DNA of 64,000 nt from positions 32,001-96,000 of IMG/VR virus record IMGVR_UViG_3300038679_000051. One strand, given 5' to 3'. The notes below the pieces were generated by a model, which was not told the origin of the DNA, searched no databases, and worked only from the letters and a program-made list of their open reading frames with translations. Below, piece after piece: positions 20,301 through 32,209 of the stretch (its first letter is position 1; each line of letters opens with the position of its first letter). Both the position numbers and the translations under genes were made by a program. This stretch comes from a virus (Duplodnaviria > Caudoviricetes).

Positions 20301-22354
20301 TAAATTACCAATGTCACTTAACGTCATTTCTGGTAAACACTCTTTGACCGATTTCCATGTTATGCTTGACCCCTTAACCGTTGTCGGCTTTGCCCCGCAA
20401 TTATTGCATACGAAAGGTAATCCCTTATGCCTTAAGTCCTCTTCTGTCATTTTTCTCATTATTTTCTCCTGTAAATGCTCCGCAATTACATCGATCGGGA
20501 ATCCTCGCACCGAGAACATACGAAGGGTAATTCCCCTGGGTAATATTGACGGCCAAGTCCCTTAACCACCATATTTTTACACTGTGGGCAGATTTTAGTT
20601 GATCCATCTGTTAAATGTCGTCCTAATAGATAAGAAGTTTCAAGATCGGATATATGTGGTTTGACGTGATAACGTTTACATGTTGGGCACCATGCCGGAA
20701 GGTCATCAAGCGTCAATTCGGACAGACCGGCGAATTTCCGCAGCATGTTCCAGAACATCATGGAGTGTGGGTTTGCCCCGTGATCTGCGACGGTACGGAA
20801 ATGCTTGCGTTCCGTTTCTGCGATGAATCGAAGTAGGTTTTCATTTTTAGAGTCTTTTGTTTCAGGTTCTTGCTCTTTTTGTGTTTGCTCTTCTTGTGTT
20901 TTCAACAATTCTTGCTCTTCTTGTGTTTTCAATTCTGGCTCTTGTGTTTTCAACAATTTCAATATTTCATCACGTACAAGAACATATTCCCCTACCGCAC
21001 CAGCATATTTGAAACTGTGTGGGTCTTTCATTGCATTAAAGAGATGGGTCTCTACGTCCAGCAATTTTCTAACGGCATTTGGTAAAGTGTCCATCTTTCT
21101 CGCCTCCTCCCTTGATCGGTTTCAACAAGATATGAGCATATATGCGATGAGACCAACGATGATGAACGCCAATGCGTTACCATCTTTCTCTCTTCTGGTT
21201 TCGCCTGATTCAAAGATCGTCAACAATAAGACAATACCTACTATAATCAGGGCAGTTACTGGTTCCATCATTTGCTCCTTTCATCAGGTTATTCATCCAA
21301 CATCATTTTTTCTTTAATTGCATCCCGCTTTTCTTCGTACCGTGAAAATGTGGTACATATTTTATGCTCACCTCAACGGTACAATACGGGTTTTCGTCAT
21401 CTTTTTCCCAATACAGATTGAATGTGAGCGGCCATTTATAACTCCGCCCCCCGCGCTGCCAAAATCTTTCGGCGCACTCCTCGGCAATGCTTTCGGCCTC
21501 ACCCGTATCTGCCGATGGTTCCCTCAGCAAATACTTTGATTCGCCCACTTCCTTAATCGAATACCATATCTTTTTCATTATATGCCACTTTCCGTTAAAC
21601 ATTAACGTTGCGTTTGCCGGTATACGTGCCAGCATCGAGGGCGGCTACAATCTCTGCGGCTTTTGTGTAAACCGCCCCGAAATCTTTTACCGACCCCCGA
21701 ATGCGAACCTTTACAGCCGACTTTCTACAGCCCTTCCCGTTCGTCTTCGGCAGCCACTGGAAGATTCCAACACTAAAAGTGCTGATGGTTGCTCCCATAA
21801 CAGATGGGTCGCACAACCCACTGAAAGCGTGCTTGCCTACCTCGTGACTCTCAACCTTTTTGTTCATGTTTGGGCCGTCTTTCTAGAGTTTCACAAATCA
21901 TGGCGGTCATACACAACGCATTCATTCGCGTTACACTCTCGACATTCGTCCAATCCGCTTTTTGAACTTTCTCCAATGCAGCAATCAGTGCTTCTAATGC
22001 CTCATTCACGCCGTCTGGCGGCAAAACCTCTTGAGTCAGTTTATTTGTACTCACCGTGTCCTCCAATTCTCTTCCTTACGGTTTTAACTCGTCCAACATT
22101 GTTTTTATCATCTCGTCCGTCGTCGTAAAAAGTGGTATGTCGATCTTTTTTCTCCCCTTAATTGGACTGGCTTTGAATTTTTTCAAAAAATGATTGTGTG
22201 CCGCCGTCTCCAACAATTCACGCTTATTCATCAGACACAATTTGAGCAATGTCTTCTTTTTCTCATTACTCATCTTGGACGAGTAGACGGCATCGACGAA
22301 CGCATCGCGATTGTAGAGGATTTGGTGGAGAATATCAGTCATGTGATTGACCAA
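17391..22354 (-). other. Run of ~15 small hypothetical genes, including two paralogous membrane proteins (18918-19238, 19862-20128) and a 49-aa two-TM peptide (21122-21271)
   Basis: Tightly packed co-oriented ORFs with GGAG RBSs. The paralogs share MKMRA...FYLLRMLV.G...VLELK. Confidence 0.6.
20109..20459 (-). CDS. DUF551-like phage protein
   Basis: TWKSVKECLPE...VLI...IGY...THWRYM pattern. Confidence 0.6.
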   Translation of the reverse strand: MRKMTEEDLRHKGLPFVCNNCGAKPTTVKGSSITWKSVKECLPEMTLSDIGNLRSKNVLIRCDGDIRIGYVSQWDEEEPKWLLAGRDSYGAENTTHWRYMDDLYLAAMKGDENASL

Positions 22355-22404
22355 TGAAATGAAATTCCATTATTATGCTCCATATTAATCGGATATAAAT
22401 CCGA

Positions 22405-22887
22405 TTAAGGTGTCAACGGCCTTTGTGCTTGTGCTAAACTAAATTTGCAAATTTTCTTAACTCTCCAAATAGGAAAGAATGCAAGCAATTTACCAATATC
22501 CAATTTAAATAGTCGGAGATCAACTTGTGAAAACAAATCATATTCAATCGATAATCGTAGTTCTGGAAGCCTACCTCCATATGAAGTTCCTAATTGTATA
22601 AAGAATTGTGTTGTTGCATTATTTGATATTCCATATTCTATAACTTGTTTTGAATATAGTTCATCGATCTTAATGATTTCCGTTCCAGTTCCAAAGTTTT
22701 CTGCTCCATATAACTCGATCACTGGTGTTATTTTAATGTTTTTTATAAGAAACGGGCCTGCATTTGCGATTAAACAAAAATAACCAATACAATTACCACT
22801 ACATTGACTTGAACAAAGATGGATAGTTGGACCAAACCAATGCTTCGTTTTAAGCAATAAATCAATCGCTGGTTCGTAAGTATTCAT
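22405..22887 (-). CDS. AT-rich hypothetical protein coupled to the R-M gene
   Basis: ATGA overlap with the R-M stop; same low GC as the R-M 3' end. Confidence 0.55.
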   Translation of the reverse strand: MNTYEPAIDLLLKTKHWFGPTIHLCSSQCSGNCIGYFCLIANAGPFLIKNIKITPVIELYGAENFGTGTEIIKIDELYSKQVIEYGISNNATTQFFIQLGTSYGGRLPELRLSIEYDLFSQVDLRLFKLDIGKLLAFFPIWRVKKICKFSLAQAQRPLTP

Positions 22888-25800
22888 TTTATCATCCTTT
22901 CAAATTCTGCATCAATCCCAGCAAGGAAATTATCCTTGTCTCGTACATTGTTTTCTATCCATTCCATGTACGCTTTGACGCGTTCCGGTCGGTCATTGAG
23001 ATAAAAGTCATAATCTGGAACTGGTGCATCTTTAAAAATGTTATTTATGAGTTGATAATTTGTGCCACCTTTTTCTATTCGTTTGCGTTTTAGGAATTTT
23101 TGTATTTTCCCTCTAAACATAGTAGAGTTAAGCCACCCAAATAGCCAAATAATTTTCTCTTTAGACATAGGACCAATATGTTTCATATATCCAGTCCCTT
23201 GACCAACACACATTTTTTGCACATCAATAGATAAATCATTGCATTTGATGATTTTAAATAAGACATCAATATTATTGCTGCTCCTAATGTAGACAAATTC
23301 CGATCTGGCTATATAAAAATTTTCACCACCCAAATCAAAATAAGCACCAGAATTTAATTTATGCTGACCATCTCTGTTTCCTCTACCAGACACTTGAACA
23401 GTTCCATAATCATTCATTGTCTTAAAATTGAAACTAGGCTTCCAGTCATCAGTTAATTTATCTATAAATCTTTGTTGGAGAAGATCACTTTCTGAATATT
23501 GATATTCCTTATCATTATAAATGAGTTTATTTTCTATTACATTATTTAAACAAACCACGGTGGTTGGCAGATCACCACCACCATTCATTGAATATGAAAT
23601 TATCTTGGAATTTGATACTATCTCTCGTATTTTACCACAAATAAGTAAACGTGTCTGCTTTGCGCCTTCGGCTAATTTATTTAATAACCAAACATCGCTT
23701 ATATTTAAGGCGCATATTCCATTGTCTAAATGGTTTAAAGACCATAGGACAAATATCTGAGCAAAATCCATTTGTTCTTTATATTCAGAATATTTATATC
23801 CAATAAATCTAGTATAGGGCGGATTCCCCACGATCATATCATATTTCTTGTTTCGGATTTCTTCCGGCAACAATCCACCTTCATTTTCCGGACGACCGAT
23901 TTCGACATCAACATCCTTGCCTTCTTTGTCCTTGTTGTTCGCAGAACATTTGATCGTCTTCTTAATGACTGGTTGTTGATACCATTCTTCTTTGGTATCA
24001 TCCGGCATACAGATCGTGTTGCCCCAGTGGATGTTCAACACTTTGCCGTTATTGGTCGGTGACCAATTATCCATCAGATCAACATATTTTGTGCAGTCAC
24101 CACCATGTTTTAGGACCGTCTCGAAGTGTGCCGTAACTAAACGGATTTTGCAAGCATAATACATCGGTTCTAGGATTTCGATGCCGTGGAGACAATGGGT
24201 CAGAATGTGGTATGAGCGTTCAATTGGATCAACGATGGATGTGCCTTCTCTCATCAATTTGTGATAGAGGAAGATCAAGAAATTGCCGTCGCCGCTGGCT
24301 GGATCGCAATAAGTAAGGTTCAAAATGTCAACGTCTTTAGGAAGATATTTGAAAGCCAAATCCACGGTCTCTTTTACTACAAATTCCGGCGTATAGATTG
24401 TGCCATACTTCTTCCGACAATCATCGGAGAAGACGCCGCGCTTTGCTTTCCGTGCTTTGTCGATCGTCTTCAAGTAATCCTCATCCCTCTTGTAGCGTCG
24501 CCATGCTCGGTCGTCGTATTCTTTCAATCCGTCTTTAAACCACGTCTTAATTTTACCAAATACTTTATCTTTAGCATCCGGATCGGCAATGAACAAATTT
24601 AATAAATCAAAGACCGCCAATTCATGGATTTCAAGCGGTCGGTCCAAATCATCCTTTACTTCTTGGAAATACTTTTCAACTTCCATTTTAGACGTTTTTA
24701 AGCGTCTCGTTAGACTATTTTGTCCTTTGGGTTCTTCGTCCTTTGCACCGAACATGTCGTCAATTCTGATCATTTCTTTATCTAAACCATATTCATCGAC
24801 CAACGTATAAAGCAGATCTTTATATCTCTCTGTATAGTCTTTCGATTCAATCAACACGCGTGGTATGACGATTGCGGCGTAGGGTTTGACGAATCGGACA
24901 TGTTGTTCTGGTTTTAGAGAACCCTCATAAAGTGCCTTCCTGTCGTCTCTTTGAAGACGACAGGACCGACCGACACCCTGCTTAAAACCGGTGTCGGACA
25001 TTGATCGAAGCGGCATGAACGACGTAATGCCAGGGACGTCAATGCCTTCCGTCAACATGTCTACATATAGAATGATGGCTTTGTCGTCTTCCTTAAGGTT
25101 TTGGAGATTTCTCAAAAACGGGTCTTTATGACGAGACGGCAGCATCCAATCATCGGACGTCCCTTGAATCACCCAACCATCGGAATATACGCCGACGTTG
25201 GAGGACAATGCCATGACGTGGACGTCTGTTCTGGTCTTGTGGAACTCCTGCAATTCCTTACTGTTCAATATTCCCTTCAACGTCTTTTGATCCTTTACGG
25301 TGATCAACATTTTTGCGCCGATTTTGGTCGGTTCTTTGCTCTTTAGAAACAACCATTCTTCATGTCTGGCAAATGTAAGCATCAAACATCTGGTTATTTC
25401 GTCATAGGCATCTACTTTTACTTCTGCTTCCTTGTTGCTTTCACCTAATGCTTCCACGATGTGTAAGGCTGGCGGCAACATTTCACCGGCGTCAATCATT
25501 TCACGCGGCGTCTTTCTAAAGATGATTTTGCCAAATTTCTCCTCATTGTTCATACCATAACCTTTTTTGCCACCTTCAGTTATTTTGGGTGTGGCGGTAA
25601 ATGAATAAGAGAAATTGCCGATTGACGTAAATTTACCAAATTCGTCAGAAACCATATGATGAGCTTCATCATTGAGTTGAACGTCCAATTCGAAGCCCAA
25701 TTTCTTGGCTTCGTCCAGTTGTTCAGCAGAATGATATGTAGATGAGATAACCAACGGTTTATTGTTGGCTTGTGCTCGTTTGTATACTTCATAAATTTCC

Positions 25801-26744
25801 AACGACGACGTAGTTGATTTAACTTGACTGACCAACATGCCGGATGATTTTCTTGCCTCGTTGATTTCAGTCTCGTCGAAACGACCACTGTTGACGTTAA
25901 GATATTCAACTTCGGTACCAATGCCGTTGAGATATTCTGCGACGTTTTCCAACAGTTGAAACGACAACAGAATTCGGGGTGAGAAAACTGCAAACGTTTT
26001 CATTCCCTTTTTGATCAATTCATTGATAATTGCAGCTTGCACGTACGTCTTGCCGGTTCCAGTCGGCAATTCCACAATGCCTTTGTTGACGTTTGAAGCG
26101 ATTAATCCAACCACCACGTCAATGGCTTCAGTCTGATGTTGTCGCAATTTGATTTGTTGTCTATCCGCCGTCGGCGTCTGACTTGCAATGACTGACGCCT
26201 TAAAATCAGACCAGAAACCTACCATGTTGTCGGTCATATGGCGGAGGTCTTCACGAAGAAGCGTCCGCACCTTGCCCTGTAACATCTCAGATTCCGTAAA
26301 ATGATGTATGCTACCGGCCGAAGACATGATCAGCATGTTCTTGTCGTCTTTAATATGGACGCCATATTTACCCCACGACGCAGACAATAAATTCGTCAGT
26401 TTGTCTTCATTCGTCAACACATGATTTGCTTGACGATATTTTGCTTGTACCGTGATTGGTCTTCCATTTATTGTGGATGTGCCTTTGCCGTCAACGCCAG
26501 TATCTGAAGATACGTCTACTGGTTCATAATCGGAAATGCCGATCCGATTATCGTTTGATGACATTTTAATTAAATATTCAACGAACAATTCGAACCCATT
26601 GCCCTTAATTAAATTCGGTTCCATTCTGTTGGCATATTTAATAGCCAATGATTCGAGTTTATTACAATATGCATTCAGACCATTCACGCCGTCAAATAAT
26701 TCATCCGGATCAACGAAGTCCCGAAATGGGTGAATCAATCTCAT
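22884..26744 (-). CDS. Type ISP-like single-polypeptide restriction-modification enzyme (Mrr-like nuclease, SF2 helicase, N6-adenine MTase, TRD)
   Basis: Nuclease DTGVDG...TVQAKY; Walker A LPTGTGKT; DEAH; DMLTEGIDVP; QGVGRSCR; MTase IYTPEFVV, DPASGDGNFL, GNPPY. Domain order as in LlaGI/LlaBIII. Confidence 0.85.
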   Translation of the reverse strand: MRLIHPFRDFVDPDELFDGVNGLNAYCNKLESLAIKYANRMEPNLIKGNGFELFVEYLIKMSSNDNRIGISDYEPVDVSSDTGVDGKGTSTINGRPITVQAKYRQANHVLTNEDKLTNLLSASWGKYGVHIKDDKNMLIMSSAGSIHHFTESEMLQGKVRTLLREDLRHMTDNMVGFWSDFKASVIASQTPTADRQQIKLRQHQTEAIDVVVGLIASNVNKGIVELPTGTGKTYVQAAIINELIKKGMKTFAVFSPRILLSFQLLENVAEYLNGIGTEVEYLNVNSGRFDETEINEARKSSGMLVSQVKSTTSSLEIYEVYKRAQANNKPLVISSTYHSAEQLDEAKKLGFELDVQLNDEAHHMVSDEFGKFTSIGNFSYSFTATPKITEGGKKGYGMNNEEKFGKIIFRKTPREMIDAGEMLPPALHIVEALGESNKEAEVKVDAYDEITRCLMLTFARHEEWLFLKSKEPTKIGAKMLITVKDQKTLKGILNSKELQEFHKTRTDVHVMALSSNVGVYSDGWVIQGTSDDWMLPSRHKDPFLRNLQNLKEDDKAIILYVDMLTEGIDVPGITSFMPLRSMSDTGFKQGVGRSCRLQRDDRKALYEGSLKPEQHVRFVKPYAAIVIPRVLIESKDYTERYKDLLYTLVDEYGLDKEMIRIDDMFGAKDEEPKGQNSLTRRLKTSKMEVEKYFQEVKDDLDRPLEIHELAVFDLLNLFIADPDAKDKVFGKIKTWFKDGLKEYDDRAWRRYKRDEDYLKTIDKARKAKRGVFSDDCRKKYGTIYTPEFVVKETVDLAFKYLPKDVDILNLTYCDPASGDGNFLIFLYHKLMREGTSIVDPIERSYHILTHCLHGIEILEPMYYACKIRLVTAHFETVLKHGGDCTKYVDLMDNWSPTNNGKVLNIHWGNTICMPDDTKEEWYQQPVIKKTIKCSANNKDKEGKDVDVEIGRPENEGGLLPEEIRNKKYDMIVGNPPYTRFIGYKYSEYKEQMDFAQIFVLWSLNHLDNGICALNISDVWLLNKLAEGAKQTRLLICGKIREIVSNSKIISYSMNGGGDLPTTVVCLNNVIENKLIYNDKEYQYSESDLLQQRFIDKLTDDWKPSFNFKTMNDYGTVQVSGRGNRDGQHKLNSGAYFDLGGENFYIARSEFVYIRSSNNIDVLFKIIKCNDLSIDVQKMCVGQGTGYMKHIGPMSKEKIIWLFGWLNSTMFRGKIQKFLKRKRIEKGGTNYQLINNIFKDAPVPDYDFYLNDRPERVKAYMEWIENNVRDKDNFLAGIDAEFERMIK

Positions 26745-26777
26745 GTTTTCTCGCTTTCATTATGGGGTGGGATTGTT

Positions 26778-27038
26778 TTACCACGTCAGTTTGGTGTTGT
26801 GTTTGTCCGTCGCCGTCATTATCTCGTCCGTCCGGTTTCTGCCGTCTTTTATCCCATCAACGAGCATTCGTAAAGATAATTCAATCACGCAGAGCAGTCC
26901 GTCCACGTCGGCAAGACATGCCAATTTATTGTCACCGAGATCAGGCCGGGGCGTTGGTTCACCTATGATTCTAATCCTTGGCGTAATCCACACGCCGTCC
27001 ATCTTGGGCAATTGTAATTGCCCGATGACAAGACCCAT
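26778..27038 (-). CDS. Hypothetical protein
   Basis: AAAGGAG RBS; TAATG coupling to the upstream gene. Confidence 0.55.
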   Translation of the reverse strand: MGLVIGQLQLPKMDGVWITPRIRIIGEPTPRPDLGDNKLACLADVDGLLCVIELSLRMLVDGIKDGRNRTDEIMTATDKHNTKLTW

Positions 27039-27550
27039 TATTGCTCCTTTCTTTGCGTTCGTTCCAAAAGACCAGCGGGTGCAAACCATTGCACAGGCAC
27101 TTGTTCGCATATTTCCTTCCTTAATTCCTTCCTTAATCTCTCGTCTTTGACATATTGAAGTGCATTGCTATTTTGTTTTATTGCTGCCATGCATATTTCT
27201 GGTGTTTGTTCTCTGACATATTCAAGTGCATGACCATCCTGTTTTACTGCTGCCAGACACATTTCCGGCGTCTGCTCCTTAACGTGATCTATCGTTCGAC
27301 CAGTGGTTACGCTCAGTGTGTATTTTCCGCCGCTAAGGAAATCCCAATCATCTTTCGTTATGGCTGCCATACAGATCTCAGGGAATTGTTTATCCAAACG
27401 TTTAAGTATCTCACAAAAATTTATTTCATCACTCAACAGTTTCTCGACAATTTCCTCATCCTTCATTTGTTCATAATCATTGTTTATCTTCCTTACTGCT
27501 TCAATTACGTCAGCTAATTGTTCCTTGCTTGCGCTCATCATCCAGTGCAC
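27038..27550 (-). CDS. MHW-cap / DUF4116-repeat protein 3
   Basis: GTG start, MHWMMSASKEQL cap, about 2.5 repeats, first one with an insertion. Confidence 0.85.
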   Translation of the reverse strand: MHWMMSASKEQLADVIEAVRKINNDYEQMKDEEIVEKLLSDEINFCEILKRLDKQFPEICMAAITKDDWDFLSGGKYTLSVTTGRTIDHVKEQTPEMCLAAVKQDGHALEYVREQTPEICMAAIKQNSNALQYVKDERLRKELRKEICEQVPVQWFAPAGLLERTQRKEQ

Positions 27551-30541
27551 GTTTTATCCTCTCTTCCGTCTCAGCCTGTAGAGCTTGTAGAGCTTTTTCT
27601 GTGGCCTGCCGCACACATTCTACAGCATTACGATGCCGTCGCCGCTTCTCGTCCTTGGCTGCTTGTTTACGTTGGCTTCGTACTCTCATCCCTATCCTCA
27701 TTCCCATCACCCTCGTCAGTCGAAATAAAAGCATATTCGCGTAGTTGGGATCGGGCATATGACAAAATCTTCTGAATCTCAACGATCACATCCCTAACCG
27801 TATCTCGATCACCTGCAGGATTTCTGGTTTCGACATCCAGATCACCATATTCGTCGCGCAATTTCAATAATTTCTCAACCAATTCAGTAATTTTCATTTC
27901 TTGTCTACTCCTATTTTTGTGCCTTTGGCGAGTCAACCTTAATGTGCGAAGCGGCAGGTACGCCAAATAAAACAGCCAGATCGCCAATGTCGAATACAAG
28001 ACACGCACACGGACGATCTGTTTGAAGGTCAAACCCCTCAATGTTGTCAATCAACGTCACAAATTGTAAGCATATGCGAGTACCACCCTGCTCAACGGTA
28101 TATTCCAGCCCTGGATACACCTTGTCGGCGATCGTGGGCCACAGCGTATGTAGAATTTTGCACTGCAATTCAGTCAGTTTTTTAACATCCGTTGCCGTCT
28201 CTTTAACCGTTGCCGTCTCTTTAACAATAGGGACGTCTCGCCATTCCGCTTCACATTTTCCTTCCGCACCAACAAGCCACTTCTGTTGTAAAATCTCTTT
28301 ATTAGATGTCTTCGCAATGTTTTTCGTCCCGTCAACCAGGATAAGCACTTCCCTCGTCACCAGCCGTAGTTCTGTCGTTCGTTCTTCCATGTCCGCCGTT
28401 TTCGGAACATCGTTTATCATCTTTCCTTCCTCTTTACTCACTGTGGTGTTGGTGTGTGTGTTTTGTGACTCCCAACTTATGCGTAATACGAAACCCCGGC
28501 CGAATGTGGCTTCCTGCCCGACAAAATACACACTTGAACCAACCCGTTCGATATGAACTGCATATCCGGCATCTGAGAGTTTATTTTTGATCAATTCACC
28601 TAGCGCGATTGAGGGTATCCAATCAATATCATTAAATCTCGTATTGTCTAACATAAACATCGATCTCCGTAGCTGCGGATCAATTTTACTAAACGCATCG
28701 GATATATTCGACGAGTCTACCACAATTGACAGCTTCTCGTTCATAGCCGCCTCTCTGATTCGATTACCTACAAATGAGACAACAGATGACACTACATGTT
28801 CCAATTCGCATTCTTTTTGGCATGTTTCCAGCAACTTTGCAGCTACATCCCCCCTCGCCGCAATTGCATTGCGGACTAACGCCCTAGCGTCTACAGCTGA
28901 TAATGATATTTTTTCATCTTCCTTCTCCCACTCTTTCATCTTCCTTCTCCTTTCATTGTGGCGATTCTGATCTCCATATCTTGCCGCAGTCTTTACATCG
29001 TAGGGTTACGACATCACCACCAGGATGACCATCTTCACATTTGATTTCCTCTACGTTGGTATGTTCCCATCGCCCTGTGGCGTCTTTGGGCATTGGATGC
29101 TCAGGGGAGCATGTTTGTCTTAATTGCTCATCCCTTGCTTCCTTCTCATCTATTGGCACTAGTGCATAATCATAATCGTCAATCATACCGGTCTCCCAAT
29201 CTCGTCTTATGTTACAGGTCTTCACTTCATAAATACCATCTTCGTATTTGTTGAGGTTCATTTTTAATGACATTTCTTCGGCACCTACATATTCTATGTC
29301 GTTTTCGAGAAGATTATGCCCCATACATTTACGACGCAGATAAGTCAGGCTGCGCTTGACATGAAAACCATTTTTGTCCGACCAAATCGACGTTCGCAAT
29401 CGAATGACGCAGCGACATTTCTCGATTGGAGGATGCAGATCAAGTTTGAGGTTCATGTTCTCCCCGACTCCTTAAAGGCATGTTGAAGTTTGTCTGCTAG
29501 CTTTGGATATGTACTTATTATCAAATCTTTATATTCCTGACTGGTTTCTAGTAATTCTCCGCGAACGAATTTATCAACGTCTTCGCGCCATTTCGGCGGT
29601 ATTTCAAATACAAAAGTAGCATATGTTGAATCGTAAGGATCGTCGTAATCAGTCACATAACCATTTTTGGATTGTAGGGCTGAAATTTGATTGGCGTATT
29701 CCTCTCTATTATTACCCCCAACGCGAGTATAAATATGAATCATTCCATTGTATTCCGGACATGTTTCATCCATTAAGAAACAGTCACGAAACCGAGGATA
29801 TTTGTCTGGATGTTGACCAAGAATCGGAAGCACAAAAAATGTTGCTGGAGTCATGCCGTGAAGTAAATTGTAAAGGCTCATTTCCGTTCTCCTTATAGCC
29901 TCCTTTTATTGCAGCCTCATAACTGCAATATTCTCCCGCGTTTCTTCTTTGACACGGCGCGTTTCGCCCCGCTTACTTTATTCAAACATACGTCTTCGGC
30001 TTCGCCCGGATTAATGGCAAAATATGGTTGACCATATTCGCGCCACGTTTTATTATCAATACATAAAAATAATCTGACGTACGTGCCATAATGTGGATTG
30101 TTGGTATCGTCTAACATCCTACCAAAAGCATAATCGTTGATTCGTTGGTCAAATGGGTCAACACCTTCATAGATTGCTTTCATCAACTTTCTTCTGGCGG
30201 ATATAACGTCATGTCGATTGTGTTGAATATAACCACTGCCGTTTTTGAAACTGATGTCGCTATTTGAATGCAGTCCTGATAGAATCTCTTCATTTGTCAT
30301 GGGCATCTCCATTCTCTTGTCATCGTTACCGTCTCTTATTGGCTGGCTTTTTGAGGTCTTCAAATTCTTGGCGTGAATAGGTGACGACCAATACGCCTGC
30401 TGTCTTATGTCCATATTCCATGACACCTAATGGTCTGTCTTGTGGGGCGCATTTGATGCATTCCGTCAATCCGAGTTCCAATCTCTCTTCAGGCATCACT
30501 TGTCCACAAAAAGCACATTTACACATGTCGTTCCTCCTCAA
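27510..30541 (-). other. Run of hypothetical genes (27510-~27707, 27667-27897, 27911-28939, 28953-29456, 29453-29881, 29917-~30306, 30326-30541)
   Basis: Co-oriented ORFs. 29453 has IYTRVGGNNRE...DDPYDSTYATF, a motif I associate with conserved phage proteins; 30326 has CxxC motifs. Confidence 0.6.
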
Positions 30542-30570
30542 ACGATGAATGTTTACTTAATTTATCGAGA

Positions 30571-31062
30571 CTATGTTTTAACGTCGTTTGCTTGATCAAA
30601 CAACTTCCGATCTCCTTTAGTCAATGCCTTTAACAATTCTTCCTTCTCTTGTAAGTATAATTGAGCAAAGTGTGGATCGTGATCGACGATGGATTTCGTA
30701 TTGTCGATGAGATCGGCCAACTTGATGGTCTGAACCTCAGCACAACATTCTCCCAATCGTCGGCATTCAGTCGCTTTTCGAACAGCCCGATTGCCCAGAC
30801 CACTGCTCTGATCAGTAAGCTCGCATACATAGAAAATGACTTGTTTGTCGATTCCCATCTCTTGCATGTGGGCTACTGTAATCTTGGTGTCTTCCAACAC
30901 ATCATGCAACCAAGCAGCAGCAACTATGGCATCGCATCTGCCCTCCACGGCGTTCACCATAGTGGCTACGGCTGCGGGATGAACGATATAGGGGTCGCCG
31001 GTATATTTCCTGTCTTGCCCATAATGGGCATTGGCTGCCAGACGTGCCGCGTCATGGATCAT
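30571..31062 (-). CDS. HD-domain hydrolase, RelA/SpoT hydrolase (Mesh1/SAH)-like
   Basis: AANAHYGQDRKYTGDPYIVHPAAVA, AAWLHDVLEDT, IKLADLIDN. Confidence 0.9.
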   Translation of the reverse strand: MIHDAARLAANAHYGQDRKYTGDPYIVHPAAVATMVNAVEGRCDAIVAAAWLHDVLEDTKITVAHMQEMGIDKQVIFYVCELTDQSSGLGNRAVRKATECRRLGECCAEVQTIKLADLIDNTKSIVDHDPHFAQLYLQEKEELLKALTKGDRKLFDQANDVKT

Positions 31063-31136
31063 TTTACTCACCCTCGATAGAGGCCAGATTCGACGTCTCA
31101 ATTGGTGTCTGATTTTACTTCTTTTGGACCTTACCG

Positions 31137-32209
31137 TCAATACTTTTCGCTGTTTCTAAGATAATTCTTCCATTGTCCTTTCATAAAGCCTTCAGGGTTT
31201 ACTTCAAACGGTCCGACTTCTACCGGTTTGGCGTGTTGGAAATCATTGTGATCAGTCTTTGCGTCGAGAAAACCGAGCATGGCCGTTTTACCGACTTTCG
31301 ACAGCATTTTGCTGCCATAACCCAATCCAGGGCTGATGAAGTGCAGCGGTCTAAACAGCAGCGAAAATTTACCGTGGTTGTCAGCAAATTCACCAGTCAG
31401 ATGAAGCATGCTGATTTTGAATCGTTCAATTGATTTCTCCAGATTTGGAAAGAGGACGACGTGATACTTGTCGCTCTCAGCATAAACAAACAATTTAAAC
31501 CATTCAGACGGATTGCCTTCCGTCCAAACCTTTAGGTGTTCGACGACCTCCTCAGCCCGATCGATTAAGAAGCAGGGCGTGGCCGTCCCGCCGTCTTCAG
31601 TGGAGTACCAGAGACATGCTCCAGGCGAGGGTGCTTCATTTATGGCACGGGATATTTCGTTGGAATACTCTTCCACGTCTTTCTCGACCTTTGCGTAGAA
31701 CATGACCGGTGCCGGTTTCAAGAACAGTGGGATGTAACTGACGACGAGATACGTCGTACCTTTCTCTTCTTTCATGATTTCACCCCTCCTATAGCCCCAT
31801 GCTATTGTGTCATCAGTCCTTGACATGCGTCCCACGACGAGACATAACATTCAAATCGCCCATCTCTCGTTCCATTTGTTGTTACCAAATCATGAATGTT
31901 TGCTTTATAAACAGAATCTTCAAATCCGAAGTATTCATATTGACCATGAAACCTTAAATGTCCTTTAGAAATTTCAACCATGCAAAGTTCGTCAGAAACT
32001 TCATAGGGCAAATAGGTTCTTTCGGGTGGACAATTAATGTCATTTCTGGCGTAGGTTTCAATCTTATATGGAACATCTTCATTACCTTTAAGTAATGCGC
32101 AAACCACTTTTTCGTTTGGTTTGAGTCGTAGGCTTAGGTTTATGCCGTGTGTTTCTTCAAGCCATTTAAAATCTTCGGGAGTTTCCAGTAAGGTCATTTT
32201 CATGCTCAT
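31137..32209 (-). other. Two hypothetical genes (31137-31775, 31802-~32209)
   Basis: Co-oriented ORFs with RBSs. Confidence 0.55.
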
